A stretch of 30,664 bases of DNA from Candidatus Ratteibacteria bacterium (GTDB lineage Bacteria > Ratteibacteria > UBA8468 > B48-G9 > JAFGKM01), in contig JBKBIN010000015.1 of the NCBI GenBank assembly GCA_046296715.1, positions 1 through 30,664 on the forward strand, read 5' to 3'. The position numbers and the translations under genes were made by a program. The notes under the pieces were generated by a model. The model was not told the DNA's origin and ran no database searches. It saw nothing but the letters and a program-made list of their open reading frames with translations. The stretch's first letter is position 1, and every line of letters begins with the position of its first letter. Shown one piece after another: positions 9,057 to 18,196 of this stretch.

Positions 9057-10210
9057 TTCTTATTCTTGTGATAGGGTTTTTCTTAAGAATTGCTTTTGTT
9101 TTAACTTTAAAAAATCATTTTTATTTTGACGATGAGTTTGAATATTATAAAATGATTCAAAATTTTTTATCAGGTAAAGGGATTATTGTTGGAGAAAATC
9201 TTAAAAGTTTCAGACCACCTTTATATCCTTTAATTATAAGTATTTTGGTCTTATTTAAGTTTAACCTTATCGGAATCAGATTTTTTCAGTCCTTTATTTC
9301 AACAGTAACAGTTTATTTTGTCTATCTCATTGCCAAAAAAACTTTTGACGAAAAAGTTGGTATTATTTCTGCATCAATTTCTTCTTTTTATCCTTTTTTC
9401 ATCTATTATAATGGTTTTTTACTGACAGAAACTTTATTTATTTTTTTAACTGTTTTAAGTATTTTCTATTTGATAATGTCTATAGAAAAAAATGGGAAAA
9501 TTTCGTTTTTTTCTGGAGTATTTTTGGGTCTTGCTGGATTAACAAGACCGACTATACAACTTTATCTTCCTTGTTCAATTCTACATATCTTATCTATTAA
9601 AGAGGATTTAAAAATAAAATTTAGAAAAATTGCTATACTTGTTGCTGGATTTTGTTTAACTCTTTCTCCATGGATTATTAGAAACTATGTAATATTCCAT
9701 AAATTCATTCCTGGAACAACAATGGGAGGATGGGTTTTCTGGGAAGGAAATAATCCTAATTCTGATGGTGGACCATGTTCTTATTTTCCAGAAGGAATAC
9801 TTGAAATTGAAGAAATAGAAAGAGAAAAAATTCTTTATAAAATGACTTTCAAAGTCATTAAGGAAGATCCAAAAAGATTTGTATATTTACTAAGGAATAA
9901 ATTTAAAAGGTTTTGGAACATTGTTCCAAATGCACCTGAATTTGAAAAGAAGTTTTTATACCGGTTTATAAGTATTTTTTCTTTTGGAATTATGATGCCT
10001 TTTTTTATAATTGGATTTTTTATCTCTTTAAAGAATAAAAAAGCACAGTTTTTCCATAGTTTAATTATTCTATTTACAATTTTTCACATTCTCTTTCTTT
10101 CTTCAATTAGATATAGATTGCCAATTGAACCTTTTTATATTATTTTGTCATCTTACTCATTTTTAAAAATTAAAGATATGGCAGTCCAAGTACTAATTAA
10201 AAGGATATAA
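9026..10210 (+). CDS. GT-C (ArnT/PMT_2, GT39/GT83-like) membrane glycosyltransferase
   Basis: Motifs DDEFEY, FRPPLYP, LLTETL, LTRP, SPWIIRNY, GNNP and RYRLP. It looks paralogous to 5774..6991. An alternative start is ATG 9035. Confidence 0.88.
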   Translation: MERMLKNKVLVLILVIGFFLRIAFVLTLKNHFYFDDEFEYYKMIQNFLSGKGIIVGENLKSFRPPLYPLIISILVLFKFNLIGIRFFQSFISTVTVYFVYLIAKKTFDEKVGIISASISSFYPFFIYYNGFLLTETLFIFLTVLSIFYLIMSIEKNGKISFFSGVFLGLAGLTRPTIQLYLPCSILHILSIKEDLKIKFRKIAILVAGFCLTLSPWIIRNYVIFHKFIPGTTMGGWVFWEGNNPNSDGGPCSYFPEGILEIEEIEREKILYKMTFKVIKEDPKRFVYLLRNKFKRFWNIVPNAPEFEKKFLYRFISIFSFGIMMPFFIIGFFISLKNKKAQFFHSLIILFTIFHILFLSSIRYRLPIEPFYIILSSYSFLKIKDMAVQVLIKRI

Positions 10211-10212
10211 AA

Positions 10213-10890
10213 ATGAAATTAACAGTGATTATTCCTGTATTTAATGAGAAAAACACAATCTTAAAAATAATTGAAAAAGTAAAAAAAGTCCCTGTTGAAA
10301 AAGAAATAATAGTTATTGATGATGGAAGTAATGATGGAACAACAGAAATTTTAAAGAATATTAAAGATGAAAAAATAAAAATTATTTTTAAAGAAAAAAA
10401 CGAAGGAAAAGGAAGCGCTATAAAAGAAGGATTAAAAATTGCAAAAGGAGATATTATTGTTATTCAAGACGCCGACCTTGAATATGATCCAAATGACTGG
10501 ATTAAAATGATTGAATTGATTAAAAGAAAAAATGTTGAAGTTGTTTATGGTTCAAGAATTCTTGGGAAAAATAAAAAATCTTCTTTCTTTTTTTACCTTG
10601 GTGGTAGAATGCTCTCATTAATTGCCAATATTCTTTACAATGCAAAAATTACTGATGAACCAACCTGTTATAAGATGTTTAAAAAAGATGTTATTGACTC
10701 AATAAATCTTAAATGTAAAGGTTTTGAATTTTGTCCTGAAGTAACAGCAAAAATAAGAAAAAAAGGATATAGAATATATGAGGTTCCAATTAGTTATAAT
10801 CCAAGAAATATAAAAGAAGGCAAAAAAATTCGTCTAAAAGATTTTTTTATAGCAGTCTGGACTTTAATAAAATATAGATTTTTTGATTAA
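10213..10890 (+). CDS. Glycosyltransferase family 2, dolichol/undecaprenol-phosphate sugar synthase (DPM1-like)
   Basis: Motifs IIPVFNE, IDDGSNDGT, NEGKGSA, QDADLEYDP, GSR, TD.PTCYK and EVPISYNPR..EGKKI. Confidence 0.93.
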   Translation: MKLTVIIPVFNEKNTILKIIEKVKKVPVEKEIIVIDDGSNDGTTEILKNIKDEKIKIIFKEKNEGKGSAIKEGLKIAKGDIIVIQDADLEYDPNDWIKMIELIKRKNVEVVYGSRILGKNKKSSFFFYLGGRMLSLIANILYNAKITDEPTCYKMFKKDVIDSINLKCKGFEFCPEVTAKIRKKGYRIYEVPISYNPRNIKEGKKIRLKDFFIAVWTLIKYRFFD

Positions 10891-10891
10891 A

Positions 10892-11656
10892 ATGGTTAAA
10901 TGTGGCTTTTGTTCTGGCAATTCATTATTAAAAATAAAAATTAGTGGATGGGATATATATCAGTGTAAAAGTTGTAAAGTTTCTTTTTTATACCCAATAC
11001 CTGATAAAGTTGAAAAAATCTATAATGAAAAATATTTTGAAAGATGGTATCTACCGACTTACCAACAGAGAAAGAAATATTTAGAAAAAATGTTTTTAAG
11101 AATTGAACCCTATATTGTTAAAAAAGGCAAAGTTTTAGATATTGGCTGTGGAGTTGGAATATTATTAGAACTGATGAAAGAAAAAGGATTTGATGTTTTT
11201 GGACAGGATATTTCACAATTTGCAATTGAGTTTTGTAAGAAAAAAGGATTTAAAGTATATAGTTCAATAAATGAAATAGATAAAGAAAGTAGTTTTGACC
11301 TTATTACTATGATAGATGTAATTGCACATATAAAAGAACCTCTTTATTATTTACAAAAATGTAAAAAACTTTTAAAAACCAATGGAATTTTAATTATAAA
11401 AACACCTTTACATTCAAATTTTATCTTTCTTATTACTAAAATCTTTTCATTTACAGGCAAAAGCAAAGGCATTCTTCATATTCCTGCCCAGATTTACCAT
11501 TTTAACAAATACTCTTTTTCTAAAATTATAAAACTACTTGATTTAAAACTTGTAAAAATTTTTATATTTAAAGAATTTATCAGTAAAAAAATTAATCTTT
11601 TCAACATCTGGAAGTTTTTTGGAGAAAAAAGTTTAGTTATAATTTTAAAAAAATGA
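10892..11656 (+). CDS. Class I SAM-dependent methyltransferase with N-terminal CxxC...CxxC motif
   Basis: CGFC and CKSC pairs, VLDIGCGVG and FDLITMIDVIAH. ATG 10892 sits 1 nt after the upstream stop; TTG 10883 is the alternative. Confidence 0.88.
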   Translation: MVKCGFCSGNSLLKIKISGWDIYQCKSCKVSFLYPIPDKVEKIYNEKYFERWYLPTYQQRKKYLEKMFLRIEPYIVKKGKVLDIGCGVGILLELMKEKGFDVFGQDISQFAIEFCKKKGFKVYSSINEIDKESSFDLITMIDVIAHIKEPLYYLQKCKKLLKTNGILIIKTPLHSNFIFLITKIFSFTGKSKGILHIPAQIYHFNKYSFSKIIKLLDLKLVKIFIFKEFISKKINLFNIWKFFGEKSLVIILKK

Positions 11657-13101
11657 GCAGGAAAGAAAAATTTCTGCTTTTTACAATTATTTTTATAGGA
11701 ACTTTGTTAAGAATTTTCAATATTGGAAAACATTCTTTTTGGTGTGATGAACTTCTCGCTATTTCTATTGGTCAACATTCAATTAAATGGATTTTTGATT
11801 ATATCACATATAATGACGCACATCCTCCATTCTTTTATATCTTGGTTCATTTTTTATTAAAACTCGGAAATAATGAAATTTTGCTGAGAAGTTTACCCTT
11901 AATATCAGGTATTTTAACAATTCCTGCTGGATATTGCCTTGGGAAAAAATTTAAAAATCAAAAAATAGGGTTAATTTTATCACTTTTTATATCTTTAAGT
12001 CCTCCTCTTATACTCTGGTCTCAAATCCTAAAATCATATACATTCTTAACTCTATTGACTATTTTATCTTTTTATTACTTTTTAGATTATTTAGATAATA
12101 AAAATTGGAAAAAACTTGTAATTCTTGTGATATTAAACACTTTAATATTATATACCCATAATTTTGGTTTCATAGTCATTTTAATTCAAATAATAACTTT
12201 TGCTCTCTTAAAAAATCTTGATAATAAATTTATTTATTCAAATATGATAACCTTAATATTATATCTCCCCTGGTTAATAAGAATACCTCATCAACTAAAA
12301 TTTACTCTTGGTGTAAGAAGACCTTTTCCTCTATTTTTAAGATTTCCTTATACAATATTTTATTTTTTTCTTGGAGAGACAGTAAATCCTTTCAATATAA
12401 AAATTCTAATTCCAACGATTATTCTGTACATTATAATTTTACCTTCTTGTTCTAAGGAATTTTTAAACTTAAATAAAGATAGAAAAATTTTACTGTCAAT
12501 TTCCATTATTTTACCAATATTATTTGTTCCTTTCCCATCAACAGTCCCACAAAATTTAATCTCATTCTCTTTTTTTTGGTATTTATTTTTTAGTTTAGGA
12601 ATTGAAAAAAAGAATGTGAAAAATCCAATCAATTTTCTTATTTTCCTTTGTTTTCTTCCATCTCTCTTTTTCTATTATACAGATAACATCTCTCAATATC
12701 ATGACCCAAGCAAACTAATCCCTTTTAGAGAAATTTACAATGTAATTGAGCAAATTGAAGGACATAATGACTTAATAATAACTACTGAAAATCTTGATAA
12801 AAATATATTTTCACCAATTCAATGGTATTACAAAGGAAAAAGCAAAATAATTGAGATAGAAAATCCAAATGATTTGGAAAAAATATATGAAACCTTAAAT
12901 AAACATGAGAGATATTTCTTAATACTTGATTTTGTTAATAGAGCAGAAATATCAGATAAAATAAAAGAAATTTTTGAATCTTCTTTTAAAAAGACATACG
13001 AAAGAAAATTTATCTATAATGAAAAACTTTTAAGCAAATTAAAAGGGAAGACCGAATATTACTACCTCGTAGAAGTATATATTTTTGAAAATAAAAGATA
13101 G
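11653..13101 (+). CDS. GT-C (PMT_2/GT39-like) membrane glycosyltransferase
   Basis: Motifs SFWCDE, DAHPPFFY, LRSL, SQILKSY, YTHNFG and YLPW; many TM segments followed by a soluble C-terminal domain. Confidence 0.88.
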   Translation: MSRKEKFLLFTIIFIGTLLRIFNIGKHSFWCDELLAISIGQHSIKWIFDYITYNDAHPPFFYILVHFLLKLGNNEILLRSLPLISGILTIPAGYCLGKKFKNQKIGLILSLFISLSPPLILWSQILKSYTFLTLLTILSFYYFLDYLDNKNWKKLVILVILNTLILYTHNFGFIVILIQIITFALLKNLDNKFIYSNMITLILYLPWLIRIPHQLKFTLGVRRPFPLFLRFPYTIFYFFLGETVNPFNIKILIPTIILYIIILPSCSKEFLNLNKDRKILLSISIILPILFVPFPSTVPQNLISFSFFWYLFFSLGIEKKNVKNPINFLIFLCFLPSLFFYYTDNISQYHDPSKLIPFREIYNVIEQIEGHNDLIITTENLDKNIFSPIQWYYKGKSKIIEIENPNDLEKIYETLNKHERYFLILDFVNRAEISDKIKEIFESSFKKTYERKFIYNEKLLSKLKGKTEYYYLVEVYIFENKR

Positions 13102-13102
13102 A

Positions 13103-13111
13103 TGATATAAT
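13103..13111 (+). promoter_or_regulatory. Extended -10 promoter of iorAB
   Basis: TGATATAAT (TGn + TATAAT) ends 9 nt before ATG 13121; the 19-nt gap has no SD sequence. Confidence 0.55.
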
Positions 13112-13120
13112 TATACTTTT

Positions 13121-14887
13121 ATGAAGAGAAAATATCTACTTGGTAACGAAGCAATTGCATATGGACTATATGAAGGAGGCGTAAAAGCTTCTTTTGCCTA
13201 TCCAGGAACTCCTTCTTCTGAAATTACAGAAACATTAATTGATATTGCAAAAAATGATGTTTATATAGAATGGAGTATAAATGAAAAAGTTGCTTTTGAA
13301 AATGCTTATGGAGTAAGTTTAACTGGAAGAAGAAGTTGTGTTATTATGAAACATGTTGGATTAAATGTTGCAGCAGATTCTCTACTTACTTCAGCATATA
13401 CAGGAATAATTGGTGGTTTTTTAATCATTGTTGCAGATGATCCGTATGCTCATTCTTCTCAGAATGAACAGGATTCCAGAAGATATGCACAATTTGCAAA
13501 AATTGTTTGCTTTGAGCCCTCAACAATTCAAGAAGCGAAAGACATTATAATTTATTCTTTTGAATTTTCAGAAAAACACCAAATTCCAGTTCTAATAAGA
13601 AGTGTTACAAGATTATCTCATGGAAAATCAGATGTAACAATTGGAAAAAGAGAAGAAAAAAACTTAAATTTTTCTTTTGAAAAAAATCCTTCGCAATTTG
13701 TTATGGTCCCTTCCAATGTAAGAAAAGCAATAATAAATTTACACAACAAATATGAAATAATAAAAAAAGAGATTGAAAAATTAAAAACCAATAAAATAGA
13801 GAAAGGTGAAGGGAATATTGGAATTATTGCTTCAGGTTTATCTTATATTTATGTCAAGGAATTCCTTAAAATTTCAGGAAAATCTTTTCCTATTTTTAAA
13901 GTTGGTTCTTATCCTATTCCAGAAAAAAAATTGAGTAAATTTTTATCTAAATTAAAAAGTGTTTTTGTCTTTGAAGAAGGTGACCCGGTAGTAGAAGAAT
14001 TTGTATACATGTGTTCAAAAAAATATAATCAAGGATTAAAAATAAAAGGGAAAATTAGCGGAAATGTAAAAAAAGAGGGAGAACTTTCTGTTGAAAATAT
14101 TGAATACTCTATTTTTAGGAAAAAGAAAAAAATAGTTACAGGTATTGATTTACCAGAAAGAAACCCAGTTCTCTGTGCAGGTTGTCCTCATTTAGGTTCA
14201 TTTTATATACTTAAAAGAAGTTTTGGAAAAGATGCTATCTTTCCAGGAGATATTGGTTGTTATACTCTTGGTGTAAGGATGGGTACAATAGATACTTGTT
14301 TATGTATGGGAAGTGGAATTTCAATAGGAGCAGGAATTTCAAAATTTGAAAAAAAATATGTTGTTTCAATAATTGGAGATTCAACATTTTTTCATGCAGG
14401 TATCCCTGGATTAATAAATTCTGTTTATAATCAGACAAATCAAGTTATCGCAATACTTGATAATAGAACGACAGCAATGACAGGATATCAACCACATCCA
14501 GGAATAGGGATTAATGCAAGAGGTAATAAGACAGTTGAAATTGACTTAAAAAAACTTGTTGAAGGTTGTGGAGTAAAAAATATTGTTGAAATTGACCCAT
14601 ATCAAATTAAGGACGGGATTGAAAAAATTAAAGAGATAAAAGATAAAGATGGAGTTAAAGTTATAATTTTTAAAAGAGAATGTATACATATTTCAAAACT
14701 AAAAATGCCAAAATTTTTTATTGATCAAGGTATTTGTAAGAAATGTAAATTATGTTTTGAACTTGGATGTTCAGCAATTAGTTTAATAAATGATAATATA
14801 GAAATAGGAATTTTATGTAATGGTTGTGGAATGTGTAAACAAATATGTCCTTTTGATGCAATCAAAAAAAATGAAAACAAAGTTTGA
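13121..14887 (+). CDS. iorA: Indolepyruvate ferredoxin oxidoreductase, alpha subunit
   Basis: Motifs LLGNEAIA, YPGTPSSEI, MKHVGLNVAAD, SSQNEQDSR, LCAGCPH, GDIGCY and the TPP motif GDSTFFH...DN. Two C-terminal 4Fe-4S motifs. Confidence 0.96.
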   Translation: MKRKYLLGNEAIAYGLYEGGVKASFAYPGTPSSEITETLIDIAKNDVYIEWSINEKVAFENAYGVSLTGRRSCVIMKHVGLNVAADSLLTSAYTGIIGGFLIIVADDPYAHSSQNEQDSRRYAQFAKIVCFEPSTIQEAKDIIIYSFEFSEKHQIPVLIRSVTRLSHGKSDVTIGKREEKNLNFSFEKNPSQFVMVPSNVRKAIINLHNKYEIIKKEIEKLKTNKIEKGEGNIGIIASGLSYIYVKEFLKISGKSFPIFKVGSYPIPEKKLSKFLSKLKSVFVFEEGDPVVEEFVYMCSKKYNQGLKIKGKISGNVKKEGELSVENIEYSIFRKKKKIVTGIDLPERNPVLCAGCPHLGSFYILKRSFGKDAIFPGDIGCYTLGVRMGTIDTCLCMGSGISIGAGISKFEKKYVVSIIGDSTFFHAGIPGLINSVYNQTNQVIAILDNRTTAMTGYQPHPGIGINARGNKTVEIDLKKLVEGCGVKNIVEIDPYQIKDGIEKIKEIKDKDGVKVIIFKRECIHISKLKMPKFFIDQGICKKCKLCFELGCSAISLINDNIEIGILCNGCGMCKQICPFDAIKKNENKV

Positions 14888-15431
14888 TATTTTAATTTGT
14901 GGAGTAGGTGGACAGGGTATTATTCTTCTTGCTAATTTAATAGGAAATGCTGCTGTAATTGAGGGAATTAAAGTTAAAGGTTCTGAAATACATGGAATGG
15001 CTCAAAGAGGTGGTTCTGTAGAAGCATATGTAAGGTTAAACTGTATTTATGGACCTAAAATACCTTTTGGACAAGCAGATTTAATAATTGGTTTAGAACC
15101 AATTGAGGCATGTAGAAGACACTTTTATTTGAAGAAAGATGGTATAATGATTGTAAATAATTTTGCAATTCCTATCCCTGGTAAAGAATTTCAATATGAA
15201 CAAGTTATTGAATTTTTAAAATCAAAAACTCCTAATATTTATATTGAAAATTTTACTGAACTGGCAAAAAAAATTGGTACATCAAAAATATTAAATACTC
15301 TTATGCTTGGATTTGCATCAAAATTCATTCCTTTGAAAAAAGAAAGTTTTATTAAAGCAATTAAAAATACTTTCAGCAAAGATCTCATTAAAATAAACAT
15401 TGATGCCTTCAATTACTTTATAAAAAATTGA
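14871..15431 (+). CDS. iorB: Indolepyruvate ferredoxin oxidoreductase, beta subunit
   Basis: Start at ATG 14871 (MKTKFDILICGVGGQG). Motifs SEIHGMAQRGGSV and LEPIEA; coupled to iorA. Confidence 0.94.
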   Translation: MKTKFDILICGVGGQGIILLANLIGNAAVIEGIKVKGSEIHGMAQRGGSVEAYVRLNCIYGPKIPFGQADLIIGLEPIEACRRHFYLKKDGIMIVNNFAIPIPGKEFQYEQVIEFLKSKTPNIYIENFTELAKKIGTSKILNTLMLGFASKFIPLKKESFIKAIKNTFSKDLIKINIDAFNYFIKN

Positions 15432-15456
15432 CTTTATAATCATTAAATTGTAAGAT
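15428..15456 (+). promoter_or_regulatory. Sigma70-type promoter for the Lon-to-mutase gene run
   Basis: TTGACT (15428-15433), a 17-nt spacer, then TAAGAT (15451-15456), 26 nt upstream of ATG 15483. Confidence 0.55.
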
Positions 15457-15482
15457 TAGATAATAATAAAAAGGGCTTTAAA

Positions 15483-17891
15483 ATGGAAAAATATAAAGTA
15501 AGTGTTGAATATTTAAAACAAAAGTATGATTTAAAATTTCTGAATTTTGAAACAACTGAAGAAGTTCCACCGCTTGAAGGGATTATTGGACAAGAAAGAG
15601 CTAAAAGAGCACTTGAATTTGGATTAAAAATAAAAAGTAAAGGTTATAACATTTTTGTTACAGGCATAACAGGAAGTGGAAGAACAACATCGGTTGAACA
15701 GGCAGTTAAAAAAATAGCAGAACAAGGTAAAACTCCAGATGATTGGTGTTATGTTTATAACTTTACAAATCCTGATACTCCAAATATTTTAAGATTCCCG
15801 CCTGGCAAAGCAAACGAATTTAAAAAAGATATGGAAGACCTTGTAAATGAAATAAAATTAGAACTTCCAAAAAAATTTGAAAGCGAAGTATATGAAGAGC
15901 ACAGAAATCAAATAATAAAAGATTTCCAAAATAAAAGAAACCAACTTTTAGATGAAATGGAAAAATCTGCTAAAAACGCTGGCTTTCAGATAAAACAAAC
16001 ACCGTCAGGAATTGTATTTATCCCTCTAATTGAGGGACAACCAATAAAAGAAGAAGATTTTGAAAAATTGACTGATGAAACAAAAGAAGAAATTAGAAGA
16101 AAGCAAGAAATGTTATATGAACAGTTGAATGATGTTTTAAGAAAAATAAGAGAACTTGAAAAAGATGCAAAGTCAAAACTCAATAAAATTGAAAAAGAAA
16201 CAGCAGAATTTACAATATCCCCGAGAATTCAAGAACTTAAAGAAAAATATAAGGATTTTGAAGATGTATGTAAATATTTAGATGAAGTAGAAAAAGATAT
16301 GATAGAAAATATAGATGATTTTAAAGAAAAAAAAGAGATTGAATTACTTCCCGGATTAAAACTTCCTGATAAAGAATCGTCTCTTTATAGATATACAGTT
16401 AATGTTTTAATTGATAATTCACTAACGAAAGGAGCACCAGTAGTAAAAGAAACAAATCCAACTGCTTATAATCTTTGTGGAAGAATTGAATATAGACCTC
16501 ATTTTGGAGCAATGGTAACAGATTTTACAATGATAAAGCATGGTGCTTTACATAAAGCAAATGGTGGATATTTAATTTTGCAAGTTCTTGACTTATTCAA
16601 AAATTATTATGCATGGGAAACATTAAAAAGAGCATTGAAAAATAATGAAATAGTAATAGAGGATTTAAACGAACAATTTAGATTAATAAATACTCCAACT
16701 CTAAGGCCAAAACCAATACCACTTGATGTAAAAGTTATACTTATTGGACATCCAATTTTCTATTATTTACTATATGCTTATGATGAAGATTTCAGAAAGT
16801 TGTTTAAAGTAAGAGCAGATTTCAGTTTAATTATGGACAAAAACGAAGAGGGATATAAAAATTATGCCTCTTTTATAAGTAAAATTTGTAGAGAAGAAAA
16901 TTTAAAACACTTTGATAAATATGCTGTCGGTAAGGTAATAGAATATGGTTCAAGAATTGTTGAGGACAGAGATAAATTAACTACAAGATTTATTGAAATT
17001 GCTGACCTTATTAGAGAAGCAAATTTCTGGGCAGATTTGGATAATTCACCATTAGTAAGAGAAAAACATATTAAAAAAGCACTTGAAGAAAAAATTTACA
17101 GGTCAAATTTAATAGAAAAAAGGATTGAAGAATTGATAAAAGAAGGAACAATAATGGTTGATACAGATGGAGAAAAAGTTGGACAGATAAATGGACTGTC
17201 AGTTATTTCGCTTGGAGATTACAGTTTTGGTAAACCATCAAAAATTACCTGTAATGTTTATATGGGTAAAAGTGGCGTAGTTAATATTGATAGAGAAGTT
17301 AAACTTGCAGGGAGAATTCATAATAAAGGTTTTTTAATATTAAACAACTATATAAATGAAAAATATGGTCAGGAACAACCAATTTCATTCTCTGCAAGTA
17401 TATGTTTTGAACAATTATATGAAGAAATTGAAGGAGACAGTGCTTCCTCAACTGAAATATATGTATTACTATCTGCACTTGCAAATTTACCAATAAAACA
17501 AGGCATTGCAGTTACTGGTTCTGTAAATCAAAAAGGAGAAATTCAGCCGGTTGGAGGAATAAATGAAAAAATTGAAGGTTTTTATTATACCTGTAAAGCC
17601 AAAGGATTAACAGGGAAACAAGGAGTAATAATTCCTGAAAAAAATCTGAAACATCTTGTTTTAAATGACGAAGTAATTGAAGCGGTTGAAAAAGGACTTT
17701 TCCACATTTGGGCAGTAAAGACAATAGATGAAGGTATAGAAATTTTAACAGGACTCCCTGCTGGTGAAAAAGATAAAAATGGAGAATATCCTGAAGGAAC
17801 AGTTAATTATCTTGTCTCAAAAAGAATAAAAGAATTTACTCAAAAATATATGGAAATAACAAAAAAACAAAGAAAAAAGGAGTCAAAATGA
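15483..17891 (+). CDS. Lon-like S16 protease, LonC/AAA_32 type
   Basis: Motifs IIGQERA, DWCYVYNF, a coiled-coil insert, GALHKANGGYL, VGQINGL, the catalytic EGDSAS, AVTGSVNQKGEIQPVGG and NEKIEGF. Confidence 0.93.
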   Translation: MEKYKVSVEYLKQKYDLKFLNFETTEEVPPLEGIIGQERAKRALEFGLKIKSKGYNIFVTGITGSGRTTSVEQAVKKIAEQGKTPDDWCYVYNFTNPDTPNILRFPPGKANEFKKDMEDLVNEIKLELPKKFESEVYEEHRNQIIKDFQNKRNQLLDEMEKSAKNAGFQIKQTPSGIVFIPLIEGQPIKEEDFEKLTDETKEEIRRKQEMLYEQLNDVLRKIRELEKDAKSKLNKIEKETAEFTISPRIQELKEKYKDFEDVCKYLDEVEKDMIENIDDFKEKKEIELLPGLKLPDKESSLYRYTVNVLIDNSLTKGAPVVKETNPTAYNLCGRIEYRPHFGAMVTDFTMIKHGALHKANGGYLILQVLDLFKNYYAWETLKRALKNNEIVIEDLNEQFRLINTPTLRPKPIPLDVKVILIGHPIFYYLLYAYDEDFRKLFKVRADFSLIMDKNEEGYKNYASFISKICREENLKHFDKYAVGKVIEYGSRIVEDRDKLTTRFIEIADLIREANFWADLDNSPLVREKHIKKALEEKIYRSNLIEKRIEELIKEGTIMVDTDGEKVGQINGLSVISLGDYSFGKPSKITCNVYMGKSGVVNIDREVKLAGRIHNKGFLILNNYINEKYGQEQPISFSASICFEQLYEEIEGDSASSTEIYVLLSALANLPIKQGIAVTGSVNQKGEIQPVGGINEKIEGFYYTCKAKGLTGKQGVIIPEKNLKHLVLNDEVIEAVEKGLFHIWAVKTIDEGIEILTGLPAGEKDKNGEYPEGTVNYLVSKRIKEFTQKYMEITKKQRKKESK

Positions 17892-18196
17892 ATCCTATAA
17901 TAGCACAGACAACACCACCTCAACCTTCTCCAATAGCAGCGCTTTTCCCTTTAATATTAATATTTTTTATATTTTATTTTATGCTTATTTTACCCCAACA
18001 AAAAAAGGCAAAACAACATAAAAAAATGCTTGATGAATTAAAAGAAGGAGATAAAGTTATTACTGTTGGTGGATTAATTGGAGAAGTTGAAAAAATTAAA
18101 GAAGATATCGTAACTTTGAAATTTAAAGAAGAAACAAGGATTGATATACTTAAAAATGCTATCGCTCAAGTAATTTCAAAGAAAAAGAATGAGTAA
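17888..18196 (+). CDS. yajC: Preprotein translocase subunit YajC
   Basis: A single TM ending FYFMLILPQQKK, then LKEGDKVITVGGLIG. Confidence 0.95.
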   Translation: MNPIIAQTTPPQPSPIAALFPLILIFFIFYFMLILPQQKKAKQHKKMLDELKEGDKVITVGGLIGEVEKIKEDIVTLKFKEETRIDILKNAIAQVISKKKNE

